A DNA stretch of 64,000 bases, from assembly GCA_965215265.1 (NCBI GenBank), contig OZ244048.1, positions 3,840,001-3,904,000 on the forward strand, read 5' to 3'. Origin of the DNA: Candidatus Poribacteria bacterium (GTDB lineage: Bacteria; Poribacteria; WGA-4E; WGA-3G). The position numbers were made by a program, and so were the translations under genes. Shown here in pieces: positions 41,367 to 50,365 of this stretch. Position 1 is the first letter of the stretch; every line of letters begins with the position of its first letter. The notes beneath the pieces were generated by a model. The model was not told the origin of the DNA. It searched no databases and saw nothing but the letters and a program-made list of their open reading frames with translations.

Positions 41367-42734
41367 TTATGCCGAACCCGGCAGCAACACGGTATAATTT
41401 TTGTGCGAATCATTGGCTGCACAGAGCGTTTTGACTGGCCAGCCTTGAAGTTTCCAGCCCGCGAAAGGTGTATTTTGGCTTTTGGAATAGCATTTTTCGA
41501 CTTCAACCGCAGCCACAGCTTTTGTATCAATGATTGTTATATCTGCCACTGCGCCAAGCGAGAGTGTACCTCGGTCGATGCCAAGAATCTTTGCAGGGAT
41601 ACATGACATCTTCGCTATTGCTTCAGACAGTGTGAGATGGCCCGCGTCAACAAGATATGTTAAGACAAGCGGGACACATGTTTCCAATCCAATAATCCCG
41701 TTGGGTGCGTCTTGTATATCGAGTGCCTTTTCTTCGGGTGCGTGCGGTGCGTGGTCTGTAGCGATTGCATCAATCGTTCCATCGCACAACCCTTCAAGGA
41801 GCGCCTCTATATCGGTTTGCGTCCGCAGGGGGGGATGCATTTTGGCGTTCGTGCCCTGCTTTTCGACTTCAGCATCAGTGAGTGTCCAATGGTGTGGGCA
41901 GACTTCGGCAGTGACGTGAACGCCGCGGCGTTTGCCTTGTCGCACCAATTCAACGGCACCTGCGGTGCTGAGGTGCAAGATATGCAGATGTCCGCCTGTC
42001 TCTTCAGCGAGTCTGATATCGCGTTCGACGATGATATCCTCCGCAGCGTTTGGGCTCCCGGTTAGATTTAGCTTGCGTGAAGTCTCTCCCAAATTCATCA
42101 CGGCTCCTGCATTCAGGTTAGCCTCTTCACAGTGCACCATTACCGGAAAATTATACACTGCACTGAGTCTCAGTGCTTCACGCATGAGGTCCGGATTCAT
42201 GACTGTTACGCCATCATCACTAACACCGACAGCACCCGCATCAAGCATGCCACGGATATCGGTGAGTTCTTCGCCCGCAAGCCCTTTAGTGATACTGCCG
42301 ACAGGGAAGACGTTGGCTGCTGCACGCTTTTGCGCGATGCTCAGAATATGCTCAATCCGCTGAGGTGAGTCTGTTACCGGTGAGGTGTTCGCCATGCAAA
42401 CAACGGAGGTGAATCCGCCTGCCTGTGCCGCCTGTGTACCAGTCGCAATTGTCTCTTTATGCTCAAATCCAGGTTCCCGGAGGTGGACATGCATGTCGAT
42501 AAGTCCGGGGGTGACAATTAAACCGGTAGCGTCAATTCCGTCTGTGTCTGTTGGTGTGGATTCCCAGATATTGCCGCCGACCTGCGCAATTTTTCCATCC
42601 ATGATAAGAATGTCGCCGACAGCATCAATTTTATTTGCCGGATCTATCACACGGCCGTTATGGATAACCAGGGGTGTGCGTACGTTGACTTTTCTTGTGT
42701 CTACGTTCTTTGTCGGTTTACTAAGTTTTTTCAT
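41367..42734 (-). CDS. pyrC: Dihydroorotase (type I)
   Basis: DMHVHLREPG, SDDG, VHCEE, HILHLST, EVCPHH, KMHPPLR, ATDHAPH, SKSQNTPF. Confidence 0.95.
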   Translation of the reverse strand: MKKLSKPTKNVDTRKVNVRTPLVIHNGRVIDPANKIDAVGDILIMDGKIAQVGGNIWESTPTDTDGIDATGLIVTPGLIDMHVHLREPGFEHKETIATGTQAAQAGGFTSVVCMANTSPVTDSPQRIEHILSIAQKRAAANVFPVGSITKGLAGEELTDIRGMLDAGAVGVSDDGVTVMNPDLMREALRLSAVYNFPVMVHCEEANLNAGAVMNLGETSRKLNLTGSPNAAEDIIVERDIRLAEETGGHLHILHLSTAGAVELVRQGKRRGVHVTAEVCPHHWTLTDAEVEKQGTNAKMHPPLRTQTDIEALLEGLCDGTIDAIATDHAPHAPEEKALDIQDAPNGIIGLETCVPLVLTYLVDAGHLTLSEAIAKMSCIPAKILGIDRGTLSLGAVADITIIDTKAVAAVEVEKCYSKSQNTPFAGWKLQGWPVKTLCAANDSHKNYTVLLPGSA

Positions 42735-42750
42735 TTTTTGTCTACAGGTC

Positions 42751-43308
42751 TCATGATCTGGCATCCGGTTCACAGATTATTGCGGAATCCACACCGTGCT
42801 CCTCAACTACCTGCACTTGGATGAACTCTTTTCGGGAGGTCGGGACATTTTTCCCGATGTAATGCGCAGAGATCGGCAGTTCACGATGCCCCCTATCGAT
42901 TAATGCAGCCAACTGGATGGCGGCCGGTCTGCCGAAGTCCATGAGCGCGTCCATGGCAGCACGAATCGTGCGTCCCGTGTAGAGAACCTCATCCACTAAG
43001 ATGACCCATTTCCCGGTAATTTCAAACGGTAGTTCGGTGCTGTTTATCTGCGTTTGTATTTCATGGAGATTGATATCATCTCGATAGAGGGTGACATCAA
43101 TTGCTCCGACTGCGATGTCGATGTTTTCAATTCGCACGAGATTTTCTGCAATGCGGTGTGCGAGTATGTCGCCTCGGCTTTTTACCCCAACAAGCACCAG
43201 TTCTCCGATGTGTTGGTGGTTCTGCTCTAAAATTTCGTGAGCAATTCTGGTGAGTGCCCGGCGAATTTCTTCGGCGTTCATGACTTGTGCTTTTTCACGC
43301 ATTTTCAT
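42751..43308 (-). CDS. pyrR: Bifunctional pyr regulator / uracil phosphoribosyltransferase
   Basis: RALTRIAHEILE, DVTLYRDD, LVDEVLYTGRTIRAA, LIDRGHRELPI. Confidence 0.95.
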   Translation of the reverse strand: MKMREKAQVMNAEEIRRALTRIAHEILEQNHQHIGELVLVGVKSRGDILAHRIAENLVRIENIDIAVGAIDVTLYRDDINLHEIQTQINSTELPFEITGKWVILVDEVLYTGRTIRAAMDALMDFGRPAAIQLAALIDRGHRELPISAHYIGKNVPTSRKEFIQVQVVEEHGVDSAIICEPDARS

Positions 43309-43355
43309 CGGTTCAAAAATCTATTATCGCGTTCAGGGGCCGCTCCGACCCGCAT

Positions 43356-43390
43356 AAAAAAAGCCTCTCCAACACATTGACGGGAAAGGC
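43356..43390 (-). terminator. Attenuator terminator upstream of pyrR
   Basis: Minus strand GCCTTTCC...GGAGAGGC followed by a T run. Confidence 0.65.
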
Positions 43391-43560
43391 AGCGTTCCAT
43401 AGTTTTTTTGTTAGGACTGATTTGATAGATGCCCAGAAATCCTTTTGCTTGGGGGCAAGTGGATGTTTTGGTTTGATAGATGCTCCACTTTGTGCAAAGT
43501 GAAACCGCATACTTTCTTCGGTTAGGAGAATAAATTCCAGTTTCGAAAACGTAACTTAGC

Positions 43561-43598
43561 ATCCTTTTTCCACCTCACGGGATGGGATTAAAAAGGGT
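43561..43598 (-). promoter_or_regulatory. PyrR binding loop (attenuator leader)
   Basis: Minus strand CCTTTTTAATCCCATCCCGTGAGGTGGAAAAAGG fits the CUUUAA...UCCNGNGAGG stem-loop consensus. Confidence 0.75.
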
Positions 43599-43627
43599 TT
43601 TGGCGTATCTAATATCCCAATTACTAT

Positions 43628-43656
43628 ATTATACTATGTCTCTATGTAAATTGCAA
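43628..43656 (-). promoter_or_regulatory. Sigma70-type promoter of the pyr operon
   Basis: TTGCAA-N17-TATAAT about 30 nt upstream of the PyrR loop. Confidence 0.7.
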
Positions 43657-43794
43657 ATTTTTTTATCCAGAACCAGGCCCTTTCGTCGGGAGTCTATCGA
43701 AGATTAAAAATCGGTTGAAAAAAGTGCAGCGCTTTGCTAATATAGACGTATTGAAATTTCTAGGAAAAAACCAATACGCAAAGAGGTGGAATTG

Positions 43795-44583
43795 ATGAGA
43801 AAAAATACGTTTCGAGAGTTGCTGAATTCTGATAAACCGACGGTCGGCACGCATATTCATACAACCTGGCCCTCGATTGTTGAAGCGATTGGCCATACAG
43901 GGTTGTATGACTACGTTGAATTCGTAGGGGAATACGGTCCGTTTGACTTGCACGATTTAGATAACTTGTGCAGGGCAGCTGAACTGCACAATATTTCGAC
44001 AATGATTAAGGTAGATCAGGAACCGCGCGGCTTTATAGCACAGCGTGCTATCGGTTCTGGATTTCAGAGTGTGCTGTACGCAGATTGCCAGAACGTCGAG
44101 GATGTGAAGGAATGTGTGCGCATCACACGGGCGGATACCCCCGAAGACGGCGGTAGTTATGGGGTTGCAACGCGCCGCTTTTCGTATATGGGGTACGGCG
44201 GCGGTCCGGAGTATGTTCAGGCACTGCGCGATGTTGTCGTAGTCATTATGATTGAGAAGAAGGGCACCGTTGAAAAACTTGAAGAGGTGCTGTCCGTTGA
44301 CGGCGTTGACATGATCCAGTGGGGTGGCTCGGACTATTCGATGAGCATCGGGATGGTGGGCCAGCGCGGCGCACCTGAGATCCGTGCAGCCGAACGCAAA
44401 GTTTTTGAGACTGCCATAAAGATGGGCGTGCCACCGCGTGCAGAAATCGGGAGTGCAGATGGCGCGAAACACTACTTAGATATGGGTGTGCGGCATTTCT
44501 GCATCGGCACCGATATCTCTATTCTTTACAGTTGGTGGCGTGAACATGGCGATGGGCTGCGAAAGGCACTTGAAGGGCATTAA
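43795..44583 (+). CDS. HpcH/HpaI aldolase family protein
   Basis: YDYVEFVGEYG, VIMIEK..VEKLEEVLSVDGVD, GGSDYSMSIG, IGTD. Confidence 0.85.
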   Translation: MRKNTFRELLNSDKPTVGTHIHTTWPSIVEAIGHTGLYDYVEFVGEYGPFDLHDLDNLCRAAELHNISTMIKVDQEPRGFIAQRAIGSGFQSVLYADCQNVEDVKECVRITRADTPEDGGSYGVATRRFSYMGYGGGPEYVQALRDVVVVIMIEKKGTVEKLEEVLSVDGVDMIQWGGSDYSMSIGMVGQRGAPEIRAAERKVFETAIKMGVPPRAEIGSADGAKHYLDMGVRHFCIGTDISILYSWWREHGDGLRKALEGH

Positions 44584-44657
44584 AGTGAGGATAGGCATCG
44601 CCAGGGCAAATCTTATCTGTTCTGCCCTGACAATGCAAATTTATTGCTAGTTAGTGC

Positions 44658-45395
44658 TTAACCGTCTGCTATTATTGTTTGCATCTTCTCTGCTACCCAA
44701 TCGACGGCAACATCGATCATCGCTTGTCCTTTTTCGGCGGTGGCTAACTTTGCTTGATGATGATATTCCCGATCGGATTTTGCCTGTCCAGCGTCTGAGA
44801 TTGTCAATTTTGCACTGTCGTAATCGACTTCGTTCCAATCGACGTTTTCGGCAAAGGCGGCGAGGGCAAAGGCTGTCTCAAACTCCGCCGCATGCCCCGG
44901 ACAGATGCCAGATTCCATCTGTGCGTTGACGAGTTCCTCGTTATATGCCTCCCAATAGGAGTGGAATTCGAGGTTGATACCGAGTTTCTGGCGGAAGCTA
45001 CCCAACCGTTCGTGCACTGGGCCGGCGTTGCCAGCATGGCCATTGACAATCAGAATGTTATGAATGCCGTGCCGCCGCACGCTATCGGCGACATCATAGA
45101 GGACTTCACCGAACACCTCCGGACGTAGCGTTAGGGTGCCTTTGTGGTCCATCCAGTGTTCCGACACACCAATAGCGAGTGGCGTTGTGACGATAACCTG
45201 CGGAAACAGCTTCTCCGCTGCCAATTTTGAGACATGCACAGCGCTTTGCGTGTCGTGATACATTGCCAAGTGTTCGTTGTGTTGCTCTGTGCTGCCGGCC
45301 GGAATGATGGCACCTATGAGGGTGCCGGCATCGAGAGCTTCTCGGACATATCGACGTTGATTTTCCCACAAAAGTACTGATTTGATTTGTGACAT
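44658..45395 (-). CDS. Creatininase family amidohydrolase
   Basis: IPAGSTEQH..HL...HD, GVSEHW..KGTL, IVNGHAGN, GHAAEFET. Confidence 0.9.
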   Translation of the reverse strand: MSQIKSVLLWENQRRYVREALDAGTLIGAIIPAGSTEQHNEHLAMYHDTQSAVHVSKLAAEKLFPQVIVTTPLAIGVSEHWMDHKGTLTLRPEVFGEVLYDVADSVRRHGIHNILIVNGHAGNAGPVHERLGSFRQKLGINLEFHSYWEAYNEELVNAQMESGICPGHAAEFETAFALAAFAENVDWNEVDYDSAKLTISDAGQAKSDREYHHQAKLATAEKGQAMIDVAVDWVAEKMQTIIADG

Positions 45396-45436
45396 TGTGC
45401 TTCCTCCATAAAAAAAATGGTAAGTTGGCGCGCTGG

Positions 45437-46474
45437 TTAATCTTGATACTGTGTTAGTCGCTTACGAATTGCCGCAATTCCGCTTTCCATAACCTCCTGA
45501 TTGGGCGGTAGGTACTCTTGCAAACTTTCCCAATCGTACTCATTCTGCTGTGCCTCGCTGTCCTTATCAAACAGAATTTTCGTGCCGTAATCCCGGATTT
45601 CATTCAGTGTCCATTCGTAGATATAGAAGCCGAAAATGTCTGCATGTAGGGTTAAATCGTTGTCTCTTTTTGTCAGATAACGTTCTAAAACAATCTCAAA
45701 CCGCTCGCCCGTGAAGGCGACTAGGTCCTTTTCAGGGGGACCCAAACGGACACCGTCCCAATCAATTAGGTGCAGCCTATTATTGCTATCCAGAATGATA
45801 TTACCCGGTGTCGGATCACCGTGCGTGATAACAAACGGAACTTTCAGGGCTTCCGCTGTCCGTCCTAAACTGTCGTATCTCTCCAAACTTTGTAATATCT
45901 GAGTACGGTACTGCGTAATCGCTTCCACCGTCTGGCGTTGGTATGGATTCTGATAAGTTTTTTCAGTCGAACCGTGTTTAACTTTTTCAGCGGCATCGAG
46001 GACTGCGAAGAGTTCATGCCGCAATGGTAACTCATACGTTGCGACGGTGATTGCCTCTATTTCTGAGCATGCATGGATTTTTGCGAGCAACTCCCCACAG
46101 CTTGCCAATTCGTTATCTGAGAAGTCTTTTCCGGCTTTCCATAAATCCCATCGACTTTTGCCTTCAATAAAGGGAAATAGCGAGACACGGAAATTTTGCC
46201 ACCGAATACTCAGGCCGTTCGCCTTCGTTTTTAGTGGGGCGACAACCTCAGTGATATTTGAACTGTCGTGAAGGCTTGCAGAGACTTGCAACGCGGCTTC
46301 CGGAACGAAAGTTGATGCCTTGACAAAATACTTTTCGCCTGTTGAAGCCGTAGCGATGTAGCCGTAACTATCTTCACCTTCCGGAAAAAAGGTTAACGCT
46401 TGCAAGGTGAGTTCGTATTCTGCATTGAGCAGTCTTTTCAATTCGGTTTTGTCAAAAGTGTTGTCGACTTTCAT
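45437..46474 (-). CDS. Aminoglycoside phosphotransferase (APH/choline kinase-like) family protein
   Basis: YFVK, LFPFIEG, THGDPTPGNII, LIDWD, GPPEKDL. Confidence 0.85.
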   Translation of the reverse strand: MKVDNTFDKTELKRLLNAEYELTLQALTFFPEGEDSYGYIATASTGEKYFVKASTFVPEAALQVSASLHDSSNITEVVAPLKTKANGLSIRWQNFRVSLFPFIEGKSRWDLWKAGKDFSDNELASCGELLAKIHACSEIEAITVATYELPLRHELFAVLDAAEKVKHGSTEKTYQNPYQRQTVEAITQYRTQILQSLERYDSLGRTAEALKVPFVITHGDPTPGNIILDSNNRLHLIDWDGVRLGPPEKDLVAFTGERFEIVLERYLTKRDNDLTLHADIFGFYIYEWTLNEIRDYGTKILFDKDSEAQQNEYDWESLQEYLPPNQEVMESGIAAIRKRLTQYQD

Positions 46475-46592
46475 AAACAATTTTTTTATCTAGTGCTTCA
46501 AATGCCTTTGCCTTGGCATGAACTGTGGCCTGTCAGGCTTAACCGGAATTCAGCACACTACAGGCGAATGCGCGCTATCCTAGAGAAAACTG

Positions 46593-47364
46593 CTATTTAA
46601 ATTGTTCGAAATAGTCATCAATTTCGGAATGCAACTCAACACCAGCCAGCTCAAAGGCAATTAACAAATCGCTATAACTGTCCTCGCCCCCCAGAAAATC
46701 CCAGAGTTCTTCTGCTATCAAAATTTCGTTCGGCATGTCAAACATCCCTCTCAGTGTCCATCGGTTATAAGGTTGTGGTTCGTAAGGGTTGTAGGGTATC
46801 CCGATCATCGTTTTTATAACAGCATGTGGGTTGTAAGCAAGTTCTGCTGCTGTCCACTCTAAGAGTGTTCGTTTGTATGACAGAAAACCACCCACATTAG
46901 GTTTCACAGTCTTCAAATCGATTAAAAACAATTCCCCTTCCTGGCTTTCCAGCCAGATGTCGACTTGCGTCAATTTCACTGTGTTTAAAGTTCCAGTTAG
47001 ACAAACTTCTCTAATTTCTTCTATTTCAGCTAATATGTTAGGTTCTCTATTGGCGACCACTAATCCGTCAACAATTGCCTGAATTCGTTGATGTGCCTCA
47101 GTGCTAATTGTTGCTGCAGGCTTTACTTGCGTTTCTGCTACCCGAAATCGTCCACGTGCTAATTCGAGTGCTACTGGCTCATAAATTGAAACCCCAAACG
47201 TCGTATTCAAAGACTGAATGAAAGAGTATAAAGCCATCCTATCTTTACCAAGTAAGCGGTGATGAAAAGGCATATTGCTTGTTTCAGGCATGTATGTATG
47301 GAACTTAGACCTTATACACTCTTTGAGCCGTTTTTTTTATCATCATTTGGCGTTGTGAATCCAT
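46593..47364 (-). pseudogene. TdeIII/MjaII-family type II restriction endonuclease, frameshifted at an A8 tract
   Basis: MPFHHRLLGKDRMALYSFIQSLNTTFG.SIYEP, VDIWL..IDLKTVKPN, IPYNPYEP, ELWDFLGG. ATG 47364 is one base out of frame (T8 at 47331-47338 on the plus strand). Confidence 0.75.
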
Positions 47365-47368
47365 CTCT

Positions 47369-48976
47369 TCACGTTCCTTTCTCTTTGAGGTGGAATATCG
47401 TCTCTGAATATGCCTCACCTCGATTTTTTTCTGTCCGATTTAAGACGGGTCGTTTGTACTGACTGACGATGTGCATCCCGGCCATCTCTACGATAGTCGG
47501 GTACATATTGAACTTATCATTCGCAACAATAAAGACATCGTAATTCTCTGCCAAAAATTGCTTGCAGTTTTTTAAGACTTCCGATACACCGTAGACGTAC
47601 GACTCCCTGGCTTCTCGTCCTTTTCCTCTAAAAAGCGGACCAATTTCTAATTCATCAAGCCTTTTGAATCCAAAAAGATCGTAGGCATAAGCGTGTTGTT
47701 CGTGATAATTAATTAATCCGACATACGGTGGGCTGGTAAAAATTCCCTTAATCCGCTGGGTTTGTGCCAATTTCGCGAGGTGAGGATTTTCGTGCTTTAG
47801 TATGGCAAAGAGGTTGATTGTCCGCGAATCTCCCGTTAAACAGTGCTGAAATGTATCCGTTTTCAACCGTCTGAACGTAAGCCACCGTTCAATGCTATCC
47901 TTGGTATAACGTTTCCACCATTCTAAAATAGAGAATAGCGGTTTGCAGATTTTTCCGTGTTTTCGGCAATAATAGGTTGTGGTTACCGGTGTTCGCAGCG
48001 TCCCTAAATCGGCGTGTGTAGTGGCTCTGCAGGAGCGGATGGTCCGGCTTAGGATTAACATCAAGGCGTTTTGCGTCTCGGTATCTTGGACTTCATTAAT
48101 TAAGCCGTGGACAAAGTCTATCTCTCTCCTGACTCTTGGAAGGTACCACTGCTTCATAAAACGCGCAGAGTCGGCCGGCATCTGTAAGTCAACACCGTAT
48201 TCTTCAACAAGTTTGTGATATGTCTTTAAAAATACGGTTTCCTTCTCGGCCCCGTACTGTTTCTGATCGATTTCACAGGTCTTGACGTGGCGTTTGAACG
48301 AGAGGGGGAAAAATTGGTTGTTAAAATGTGTGAGTTTTTCTGCAAGCGTCGCTTGAAATTCAAGAATATTAGTGCAGGAGACAAAATGTCTGAGTGCCGA
48401 TGTAATTTTCTTGCTCTCATTCCACAACTGAATGAAATCGTATGTCGCGACTTTGGCATTACTCATGAAAGCGTTAAATGCCGAAACATCAACGCCAATC
48501 GCGTGCATACCCAGCTCGTTCGCTTGGACGAGGGTTGTTCCGCTCCCACAAAACGGATCCAGCACGATGTGACCCGGCTGAAAACAGTTCTCCTTCTTAA
48601 AGTTGTCTGTGTGTGCATCTAGAAAATATTCAACCAATTGAGGAATGAATTTACCTTTGTAGGGATGCAGCCGGTGAACGTGCTTAGTCGTCTCTGCTTC
48701 TTTGACTTCTTCAAAGGAGAGATTCCAATTCAGGTCGGCTCCCAACTGTTTTTTCCAGCTTCTCTCTCTCTGCTTCAGATAGTCTACGTAGTATGCAGTG
48801 AGGCTGTCCTTGGGAACCAACGTTACCCCACTATCACTAATGGATTCAATCCGTCCGTACTGAACCAGATATGAGATATTTGAAGGTGTAACATTTTTAT
48901 TTAGGTATTTTGATGCCCACACGCTTGCTTGTTTGAGTGTTAATAACATTTGCGTTTTTTTATGTGCTACAGTCAT
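47369..48976 (-). CDS. Cognate N4-cytosine DNA methyltransferase with N-terminal HTH-like region
   Basis: HVHRLHPYKGKFIPQLV, VLDPFCGSGTT, IFTSPPY, RPVLNRTE. N-terminal LTLKQAS..SNISYLVQYG. Confidence 0.9.
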   Translation of the reverse strand: MTVAHKKTQMLLTLKQASVWASKYLNKNVTPSNISYLVQYGRIESISDSGVTLVPKDSLTAYYVDYLKQRERSWKKQLGADLNWNLSFEEVKEAETTKHVHRLHPYKGKFIPQLVEYFLDAHTDNFKKENCFQPGHIVLDPFCGSGTTLVQANELGMHAIGVDVSAFNAFMSNAKVATYDFIQLWNESKKITSALRHFVSCTNILEFQATLAEKLTHFNNQFFPLSFKRHVKTCEIDQKQYGAEKETVFLKTYHKLVEEYGVDLQMPADSARFMKQWYLPRVRREIDFVHGLINEVQDTETQNALMLILSRTIRSCRATTHADLGTLRTPVTTTYYCRKHGKICKPLFSILEWWKRYTKDSIERWLTFRRLKTDTFQHCLTGDSRTINLFAILKHENPHLAKLAQTQRIKGIFTSPPYVGLINYHEQHAYAYDLFGFKRLDELEIGPLFRGKGREARESYVYGVSEVLKNCKQFLAENYDVFIVANDKFNMYPTIVEMAGMHIVSQYKRPVLNRTEKNRGEAYSETIFHLKEKGT

Positions 48977-49016
48977 GAGAGTTCGCTCCAGTTATGTTGC
49001 ATCTGAGGCATCCAGA

Positions 49017-49457
49017 TTAATTTGCCACGAGCGGTGCCACCTTCTGAAAGACTACCTTGCTGTTGCTTTTCAATTTCAAGGTTTCGGCGATGTTTCCTCT
49101 GTTAATGGCAATTTTAAACCTGCCTGTGGAGGTGGAAAATCTTCCCAAGTAGTCACCAACTGGTACATCCGCGTAGTTTTCAACGAATTTAATTCGGATT
49201 GTCTCGCCTATTGCGAATTTTGCGTTAAGTGTATCGCCGATTTGCCAGCCGCGTTCGGCAAATGTTTCGCTGAGGAGGTCTGTGACAGCGTTCCCGTGGT
49301 CATCAATTTCAACGATGGTTGCAGAAAGAGGATTGCCCTGGTCGTTTTCAGGTGTATCGGTTTTCATACCGCAGCCACTGAGCATTGATAGGGTGATGAG
49401 AAAACAAGCAAACGTCAAACTGCAAGAGAGTAGACAGGATGAATTGTCAGATGTCAT
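49017..49457 (-). CDS. Lipoprotein consisting of a SAM hydroxide adenosyltransferase (DUF62) C-terminal-like domain
   Basis: Lipobox LSGC. IVEIDDHGNAVTD, YADVPVG, KIAINRGNIAETLKL. Confidence 0.65.
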   Translation of the reverse strand: MTSDNSSCLLSCSLTFACFLITLSMLSGCGMKTDTPENDQGNPLSATIVEIDDHGNAVTDLLSETFAERGWQIGDTLNAKFAIGETIRIKFVENYADVPVGDYLGRFSTSTGRFKIAINRGNIAETLKLKSNSKVVFQKVAPLVAN

Positions 49458-49787
49458 GATAGTTGCTCCGTTTGAATTCAGGATTGTTTATTTTTTTAAG
49501 TATAACGAAAAAGCAAACGGCTGTCAAGGATTTTTCAAGGAAGGTAGGACTTTAGCGCCGCGATTTGGAAATGGAGGCACCTACTGCCTATTGGATGGAC
49601 GACAGCAAGCCCCTGACCCTGATGGACTGAAGCAATTAGGAGCTGAAATTCGCCTCTTTTTGGAGGTTTGCCTGTCTTAGACATGGTGAAACTTTTGCCA
49701 CTGCGGCAATTACGATTTTTTTACTATCCTTTTTAGACTTCAGAGACTCTATATAACCAAACCCCTGAAACGGAAAAGGAGTAAACA

Positions 49788-50351
49788 ATGTCTACAGAAC
49801 ATGAAACTCAGAAGGAAATCCGGCGAATTCTACGACTCCTAGAAGCTACAGCCAACGCTGTAGAAACCTCATCCATTGATAGCGATAGCACAAAGGTAGA
49901 AGGCGGGGCACGATGTGCCCGGCAGTTCAATAACGCGCTAACTTATTTAATAGAACTAGATGCTGTACCGGAAGGACTGTTCGAACCCTTAGAGGCAGAC
50001 ACCACTTTTGGTGATATTTATTTTGCTTGCCATCAGGTCACCGCGTATCTCAAAGAAGGGATATGTGATGACTTTGATTTCGCCGAAGTTAAGAAAACCA
50101 TAGGCAGTGAATTAAAAGATGTTGGTGAGGTGGTTAGACAATCGATGCCTGCTTTCCTTAAAGATGTCTGGAGCGGCACTACGAAAGAAGAAACAGACGA
50201 CTCTGCACCGGTAACCGTTGAGGTCACGTCGGAAGAGGACAAAGAGAATTCGGTTGAGCAGCGTATTGAGAAACTTGAAGGGCAAATGGAAACTATTGTC
50301 GAGATACTCCAGGAACTTCGTGCAAAGCAAGTTGAAGAAAATCGTAAGTAG
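49788..50351 (+). CDS. Hypothetical acidic protein with C-terminal coiled coil
   Basis: AAGGAG RBS, 187 aa, VEQRIEKLEGQMETIVEILQEL. Confidence 0.7.
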   Translation: MSTEHETQKEIRRILRLLEATANAVETSSIDSDSTKVEGGARCARQFNNALTYLIELDAVPEGLFEPLEADTTFGDIYFACHQVTAYLKEGICDDFDFAEVKKTIGSELKDVGEVVRQSMPAFLKDVWSGTTKEETDDSAPVTVEVTSEEDKENSVEQRIEKLEGQMETIVEILQELRAKQVEENRK

Positions 50352-50365
50352 TTTGGGGAACTTCG

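Noticed and set aside
17590-46474. GNAT, Lnu-like and APH-like genes as proven resistance genes
   Set aside because: Only family-level motifs are visible, so substrates cannot be inferred.
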